NCBI GenBank assembly: GCA_965116495.1
Contig: OZ220696.1
Span: 3,520,001-3,584,000, forward strand
Origin: Gammaproteobacteria bacterium
GTDB taxonomy: Bacteria; Pseudomonadota; Gammaproteobacteria; Eutrophobiales; Eutrophobiaceae
Length of the DNA: 64,000 nt
Direction: 5' to 3'
The notes below the pieces were generated by a model. That model was not told the DNA's origin. It saw only the letters and a program-made list of their open reading frames with translations, and did not search any database. The position numbers and the translations under genes are program-made. This document shows, one piece after another, positions 58,624 to 64,000 of this stretch (position 1 is the stretch's first letter; each line of letters begins with the position of its first letter).

Positions 58624-58830
58624 AACTTCATTATACCCAAATACCAGCTAGAATGAGAAATATCAATGGGGTCAGACTCGATTGATTTCCAGCCTGCGAC
58701 AGATGTCACTGGTTTACTCAACAATCTCGTTTGAACAAAATGAAACTTATACTTTCATATTGTGCACCTTCACAGGTAATGGAGAAAATTCCCGATTTGA
58801 CGCAGTACTGCAGAGCCGTATGATAAACTT

Positions 58831-59157
58831 ATGCGTACAGTTGCTGAAACACTGAAAATATCTGAAAGGCAATCAATGACAGTAAAAATGACTAAAGCCG
58901 GACAAGCGCTGCTTGATGACGTATTGGTTATCAAAGCCGGAGCGACCGCTAAAGTCCGGACCCCTGAACAGTTGCTGGTTATTTCAGTACGTAAGCAACT
59001 GAAAAAATCCCAGTCAGCCTTTTCCAGGTTGCTGGGTATTCCCATTGCTACCCTCAGGGATTGGGAGCAGGGCCGGAAACAACCCGACAGCGCTGCCGTA
59101 ACGCTCATAAAGGTTGCGCAGAGGTATCCGGAAGTTTTGGATGATATTACATCCTGA
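58831..59157 (+). CDS. XRE/HigA-like helix-turn-helix protein (no adjacent cognate toxin)
   Basis: RKQLKKSQSAFSRLLGI...TLRDWEQGR.QP; start may be 58876 or 58888. Confidence 0.8.
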   Translation: MRTVAETLKISERQSMTVKMTKAGQALLDDVLVIKAGATAKVRTPEQLLVISVRKQLKKSQSAFSRLLGIPIATLRDWEQGRKQPDSAAVTLIKVAQRYPEVLDDITS

Positions 59158-59165
59158 AAAATCAA

Positions 59166-60560
59166 TTGAGCCTGACCCCATTGATTAAGACTTTAATATC
59201 ACGGTTTTCTGCCCTGGCCGCGACACTGCTTCTTGCCGGCTGCGCCGTCTCGGCAATCTCTCCCGATGTCAGAGACCCGGACCTGCCCGAGAGCTGGACC
59301 GGGGAGGCCGATTATGACTCCGTCAGTGACGGCTGGCTGGCGCAACTGGGTGACACTGAACTCAATGGCCTGGTGGATATCGCCATGGAGCAGAACTACC
59401 GCCTGGCGCAACTGGCCGCGGAGGTGGAAGCCGCGCAGCAGGCCCTCATCATCAGCGGCGCGGCGCGGCTCCCGGATGTATCGCTTGCGCTGGATGCCTC
59501 GCGCAGGCGGGTTATCAGCAACCAGTTCGGGATCACGCGCACCTCCAGCAACTTCGAGCTTGGCGTGGACCTGGCCTGGGAAATCGATGCCTGGGGCAAA
59601 CTTCGGGACGTCGAAAAACAGGCCGGTCTGAAACTGATGGCGGCGCAGGCGAGCTATGCGGACAGCCGTAACAGGCTGGCGGCCGGGGTGGCGCGCGCCT
59701 GGTTCAACGTGGTCGGCGCAGCTGAGTTACTGGCAGTATTGCGCGAGCGGCTGGCAAACCTGGAAGAGGACCTGGACATTATCGAAAGCGCCTACAACCA
59801 GGGCCTGACGGGAGCGCTGGACATCTACCTGGCCCGTACCAGCGCGGACCAGGAACGCGCCCGTATCGCGGCACAGGAACAGGCGCTCGCAGAAAACCGG
59901 GTTGCCCTGCAGTTGCTGCTGGGGCATTACCCGGACGGCAGGCTGGAAGCCGCCAGGACGCTGCCGCTGTTCGAGGCACCCATCCCGGCGGGCCTGCCCT
60001 CGGAACTCGTCAGCCGACGGCCGGATTTGCAGCAGGCCTGGATGAACCTGTTGGCCGCTGACGCCGCGGTCGCGGTCGCCCACAAGCAGCGCTTCCCGCG
60101 CCTCGCCCTGGTGGCGTCCGGCAACGACGTTTCGGATGAACTCGGCAGCCTGCTGAACGGCACCGCGCTGGCCTGGTCGGTGCTGGGCAACCTGACCCAG
60201 CCCCTGTTCAACCGCGGCCGGCTGAAAGCGCAGGAAGAGCAGGCCAGGGCCCGCCTGGTGCAGGCGGAAAAGCAGTACCTGGAGATGTTATACCAGGCTT
60301 TTTCCGAGGTGGAGAATGCCCTCACCCGCACCAGGACGGTGCAGACCCGTTACCAGGTCACCCTGGCTTCGGAGAAAAATGCCGTGGCCGCGCTGACCCT
60401 GGCATTTGAACAGTACCAGCGCGGCCTGGTCCCTTACACCACGGTTCTTGAGGCACAACGGCGCGCTTTTGATATACAATCAGGGATTATCGGGTTGCGC
60501 AATGAACTGTTACAGAACAGGATCACCCTGTACCTCGCCCTGGGAGGCGACTTTGAGTAA
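59166..60560 (+). CDS. Efflux outer-membrane factor lipoprotein (NodT/TolC family)
   Basis: Lipobox LLAGC, WEIDAWG, PAGLPSELVSRRPD, LYLALGG. Confidence 0.92.
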   Translation: MSLTPLIKTLISRFSALAATLLLAGCAVSAISPDVRDPDLPESWTGEADYDSVSDGWLAQLGDTELNGLVDIAMEQNYRLAQLAAEVEAAQQALIISGAARLPDVSLALDASRRRVISNQFGITRTSSNFELGVDLAWEIDAWGKLRDVEKQAGLKLMAAQASYADSRNRLAAGVARAWFNVVGAAELLAVLRERLANLEEDLDIIESAYNQGLTGALDIYLARTSADQERARIAAQEQALAENRVALQLLLGHYPDGRLEAARTLPLFEAPIPAGLPSELVSRRPDLQQAWMNLLAADAAVAVAHKQRFPRLALVASGNDVSDELGSLLNGTALAWSVLGNLTQPLFNRGRLKAQEEQARARLVQAEKQYLEMLYQAFSEVENALTRTRTVQTRYQVTLASEKNAVAALTLAFEQYQRGLVPYTTVLEAQRRAFDIQSGIIGLRNELLQNRITLYLALGGDFE

Positions 60561-60619
60561 GAACAGGGGACAGATTTGAAATCTGTCCCTTTTTCCCAGG
60601 CAACACACAAGCCTGCCGC

Positions 60620-61834
60620 ATGAAAAAATTAACGCCAATCATCATTCTTGCCGTACTCGTCGGACTGGCCTACCTGGTGCTGCGCAACCCGCCGCACGCG
60701 GACCGGCAGGCCGCGCCCGCGGGACCGCAACTCACGGTGGATGTGCTGAAGCTGGAGAGGGAACCCTACCAGGTCAGGCTGCAAAGCTACGGCACGGTTC
60801 AGCCGCGCACCCAGAGCACGTTGATTGCGCAGGTTTTCGGTGAGATCACCGCCATCAACGACAGCCTGAGAGGCGGCGGTTTCTTCGAGAAAGGCGAAGT
60901 CCTGCTCAACATCGATCAAAGGGATTACCTCGCCAATGTAAAGATTGCCGAAGCGACCCTGCTGGATGCAAAACAGGCGCTGGCCCAGGAAAATGCCCGG
61001 GCTGCCCAGGCGCTGGAAGACTGGAACCGTCTCGGCAACCAGGGTGAAGCACCTGCCCTGGTGTTGCGCAAGCCACAGTTACTGGCAACCGAAGCCCGGG
61101 TAATCTCTGCCGAATCGGCCCTGGACAAGGCGCGCCTTGAACTGGAGCGCACCAACATCGTCGCGCCCTACGCCGGCCGCGTATTGACAAAACTGGTGGA
61201 CCAGGGACAGGTAGTCAACAGGAACTCGCCGCTGGCGGAAATTTATGCCGTCGACCTGGTCGAAATCCGCCTGCCGCTGCGCAATCGCGACCTGACCTTT
61301 ATCGACCTGCCCGAAGACTACCGGTTCGACGACGATGAATTCGTCGACGGGCCGCAGGTCGCAATTTATTCCGAACTGGCAACAGGCGCCGAATGGCAGG
61401 GCAGGGTAGTGCGCACGGAGGGCACCATCGATGACCGCGCCAGACAGTTGCACGTGGTGGCGCAGGTCGACGACCCCTTCGGCATCCGCGCACGTGGCAA
61501 GACCCCGTTGAAGATCGGGCAGTACGTGACCGCCGAGCTGGCCGGCAGGCAACTGGAGGACGCCCTGGTGATCCCGAGCCACGCCATTTACCAGGGTGGT
61601 TACGTCTATGTTGTCATGGACGACGTATTGCAGCGCCGCGAGATCGACGTCGCCTGGCAGAACCAGGAGGAGGCATTGGTCGCCGCCGGCCTGGACGAGG
61701 GTGATTTGCTGGTTTTGACTCCGCTCGGACAGGTCACTTCAGGGGTGCGCGTGGCGATATCAAGGCAATCATTACGGGAGGACCAGCCCATCGCGTCTGA
61801 AAAACCCCGCGCCGGAGCCGTCGGCAGCATGTAA
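60620..61834 (+). CDS. RND efflux periplasmic adaptor subunit
   Basis: YGTVQPR, GGFFEKGEVL, LERTNIVAPYAG. Confidence 0.9.
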   Translation: MKKLTPIIILAVLVGLAYLVLRNPPHADRQAAPAGPQLTVDVLKLEREPYQVRLQSYGTVQPRTQSTLIAQVFGEITAINDSLRGGGFFEKGEVLLNIDQRDYLANVKIAEATLLDAKQALAQENARAAQALEDWNRLGNQGEAPALVLRKPQLLATEARVISAESALDKARLELERTNIVAPYAGRVLTKLVDQGQVVNRNSPLAEIYAVDLVEIRLPLRNRDLTFIDLPEDYRFDDDEFVDGPQVAIYSELATGAEWQGRVVRTEGTIDDRARQLHVVAQVDDPFGIRARGKTPLKIGQYVTAELAGRQLEDALVIPSHAIYQGGYVYVVMDDVLQRREIDVAWQNQEEALVAAGLDEGDLLVLTPLGQVTSGVRVAISRQSLREDQPIASEKPRAGAVGSM

Positions 61835-61836
61835 CC

Positions 61837-64000
61837 ATGATCGACTGGTTCGCAAGAAACCATGTAGCGGCCAACCTGCTGCTGTTCAGTATCATCATCG
61901 GCGGCTTTTATTCGCTTAACTCGACCTTGAGACTGGACCTGTTCCCGGAAGTCGAACCCGATATCATCCGGGTATTCGTCCCCCTGCGCGGCGCCACACC
62001 CGAGGACGTCGAACTGGGGGTCGCGATTCGCATCGAAGAGGCGGTACAGGACCTGGAAGGCATCGACCAGATCACCAGCCGTTCCGTCGAAGGCAGCGCG
62101 ACGGTCAGGATTGAAGTGGATTCGGACTATGAGCCGCGGGACTTGCTGAATGACATAAAGAACCGGGTCGATTCCATCAATACCTTTCCCGCCGATACGG
62201 AGAAACCGGTAGTCAGCCTGCTGCAACGCAACCACGCGGTGCTCTCGGTGGTGGTGGCCGGCAATTACAGCGAAAAGGAAATCCGCACTTTCGCCGAGCA
62301 GGTACGGGACGATTTACTGGCCATCGAGGGCGTCACGCAGATCAGGCTGGACGCGGTCAGGAAATACGAGATCAGCATAGAGGCCTCCCAGGACCGGTTG
62401 CGGGAGTTCAGGCTGACCCTGGCGGATATCGCCCACGCGGTGCAGCGCAGTTCCCTGGACGTGTCCGCGGGCAACGTGCGCACCGAGGGGGGCGACGTTC
62501 TCATCCGCTCCAAGGGCCAGGCCTACCGGCGCGCGCAGTTCGAAGACATCGTGGTCAAGACCAATACTGACGGCAGCATCATACGGGTGTCCGACGTGGC
62601 AACGGTCGACGACGGTTTCGAGGAAGTCCTGCTGAAGGCCGGCTTCAACGGCGAGCATGCTGCCATGATCCGGGTCTACCGCACCGGCGCCCAGGACGTC
62701 CTGGAGGTTGCCGGGAAGGTAAAGGACTATATTGCAGAGCGGCAGGGCACGCTGCCCGCGGGCATGCTCCTGGACTACTGGAACGACCGTTCCACTTACC
62801 TGCAGGCGCGCCTCGGCACGCTGGTCAAAAACGGTATCCAGGGGAGCATCCTGGTGATCATCCTGCTGGCCATGTTCCTGCGGCCGGCCGTGGCTTTCTG
62901 GGTGTTTATCGGGATACCGGCCAGTTTCCTCGGCGCCCTGATACTCATGCCGCTCAGCGGGGTCAGCATCAACATGATGAGCCTGTTCGGGTTCATCATC
63001 GTGCTTGGCATCGTCGTCGACGACGCCATCGTCACCGGTGAGAATATCTACACGCGCCTGCGCCAGGGCGGCGACCCCCTCGACGCCTCCATACGCGGCA
63101 CCAAACAGGTCGCGGTGCCGGTGACCTTCGGCATCCTCACCACCATCGCGGCATTCAGCCCCCTGGCGTTTGTCGAGGGGCGCATGGGCGATTTCATGGG
63201 CGCGATACCGGCCGTCGTCATACCGTGCCTGGTGTTTTCCCTGGTCGAGTCGAAGCTGGTGCTGCCGGCGCACATGAAAAGCGTCAGGATCCGTAGCGAC
63301 CCGGCAGCGCTCACCGGCTTCACCGGGTTCCAGCAGCGCTTTGCCGACGGCTTTGAACAGTTCATATTCGACTATTACCGACCCTTGCTGCGTTTTGCCC
63401 TGGCCCACCGCTATTCGGTGATCGCCGGGTTCCTGGGTGTCCTGGTGCTGACCCTGTCCCTGGTGCTGAGCGGCTGGGCCAAGTTCATCTTCTTCCCGCG
63501 CGTCGAATCGGATACTGCAACAGTGACCCTAACCATGCCCGTCGGCACGCCGTTCCAGGTCACCGACCGGCACATGCAGCGCATCACCGCAACCGCGTTC
63601 GCATTGCAGCGGAAATACACCAACGGTGAGGGCGGGGAACCGATCATCCGTAATATCCTGTCCACGACGGGTTCGGCGCTTGCCCAGACCGGCGGGCCGG
63701 GAGGCACCCAGAATTACGGCGACAATGTCGGCCAGGTCGTCATTGAAACGGTGCCTTCCGACGAGCGCGTCGTAGACATCAGGACACTTGAACTGGTCGA
63801 TGAATGGCGCAAGGCCATCGGCACGGTACCCGGCGCTGAATCGCTTACTTATCGCGCCGAACTTATCAGCAGCGGCGATCCGGTCAACATTCAGCTCAAC
63901 GCCCAGTCCCTGGAGACCCTGGCGCAGGTGGGGGAACGGATAAAACAGCGCCTGGCGACCTATCCCACGGTGTTTGACATCGAGGATACGCTGTCCGACG
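61837..64000 (+). CDS. RND efflux permease subunit (3'-truncated by window edge)
   Basis: MIDWFARNHVAANLL, GATPEDVE, GIVVDDAIVTGEN; frame open to the window end. Confidence 0.92.
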   Translation, partial: MIDWFARNHVAANLLLFSIIIGGFYSLNSTLRLDLFPEVEPDIIRVFVPLRGATPEDVELGVAIRIEEAVQDLEGIDQITSRSVEGSATVRIEVDSDYEPRDLLNDIKNRVDSINTFPADTEKPVVSLLQRNHAVLSVVVAGNYSEKEIRTFAEQVRDDLLAIEGVTQIRLDAVRKYEISIEASQDRLREFRLTLADIAHAVQRSSLDVSAGNVRTEGGDVLIRSKGQAYRRAQFEDIVVKTNTDGSIIRVSDVATVDDGFEEVLLKAGFNGEHAAMIRVYRTGAQDVLEVAGKVKDYIAERQGTLPAGMLLDYWNDRSTYLQARLGTLVKNGIQGSILVIILLAMFLRPAVAFWVFIGIPASFLGALILMPLSGVSINMMSLFGFIIVLGIVVDDAIVTGENIYTRLRQGGDPLDASIRGTKQVAVPVTFGILTTIAAFSPLAFVEGRMGDFMGAIPAVVIPCLVFSLVESKLVLPAHMKSVRIRSDPAALTGFTGFQQRFADGFEQFIFDYYRPLLRFALAHRYSVIAGFLGVLVLTLSLVLSGWAKFIFFPRVESDTATVTLTMPVGTPFQVTDRHMQRITATAFALQRKYTNGEGGEPIIRNILSTTGSALAQTGGPGGTQNYGDNVGQVVIETVPSDERVVDIRTLELVDEWRKAIGTVPGAESLTYRAELISSGDPVNIQLNAQSLETLAQVGERIKQRLATYPTVFDIEDTLSD

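Noticed and set aside
54668-63408. Minus-strand ORFs 54668-55717 and 62314-63408
   Set aside because: Antisense shadows of the deaminase and the RND permease

Overview
GC-rich, probably gammaproteobacterial chromosomal window. It holds housekeeping genes (ilvD, argE/argA, apbE, aceK/icd, trhO/cmoB, trpE with a Trp attenuator, deoC/deoD/nupC, an RND pump) and a split catabolic cluster for N-heterocycles or aromatics (hydantoinase A/B, aminobenzoate-type CoA ligase, amidase, racemase, atypical thiolase, CoA ligase, HAD/ECH fusion). The strongest candidate for an undescribed system is a visibly AT-richer ~9 kb four-gene operon (22694-31632) inside that cluster, bracketed by a duplicated ~35-bp hairpin. 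It encodes a ~2,060-aa STAND-like ATPase, a 366-aa protein ending in a HEPN-like RNxxAH motif, a HipA/CtkA-like kinase and a HipS/HIRAN-type partner, and is a plausible anti-phage system. The window also has at least six families of short REP/MITE-like repeats, several translated inside proteins. Other features are a 205-bp MITE with 20-bp TIRs and a 10-bp TSD, three toxin-antitoxin-type loci, two deletion-scar pseudogenes and a frameshifted adenosine deaminase. No rRNA, tRNA, CRISPR array, integrase or intact transposase was recognised. All family calls come from motif recognition by eye; no database search or GC computation was run.
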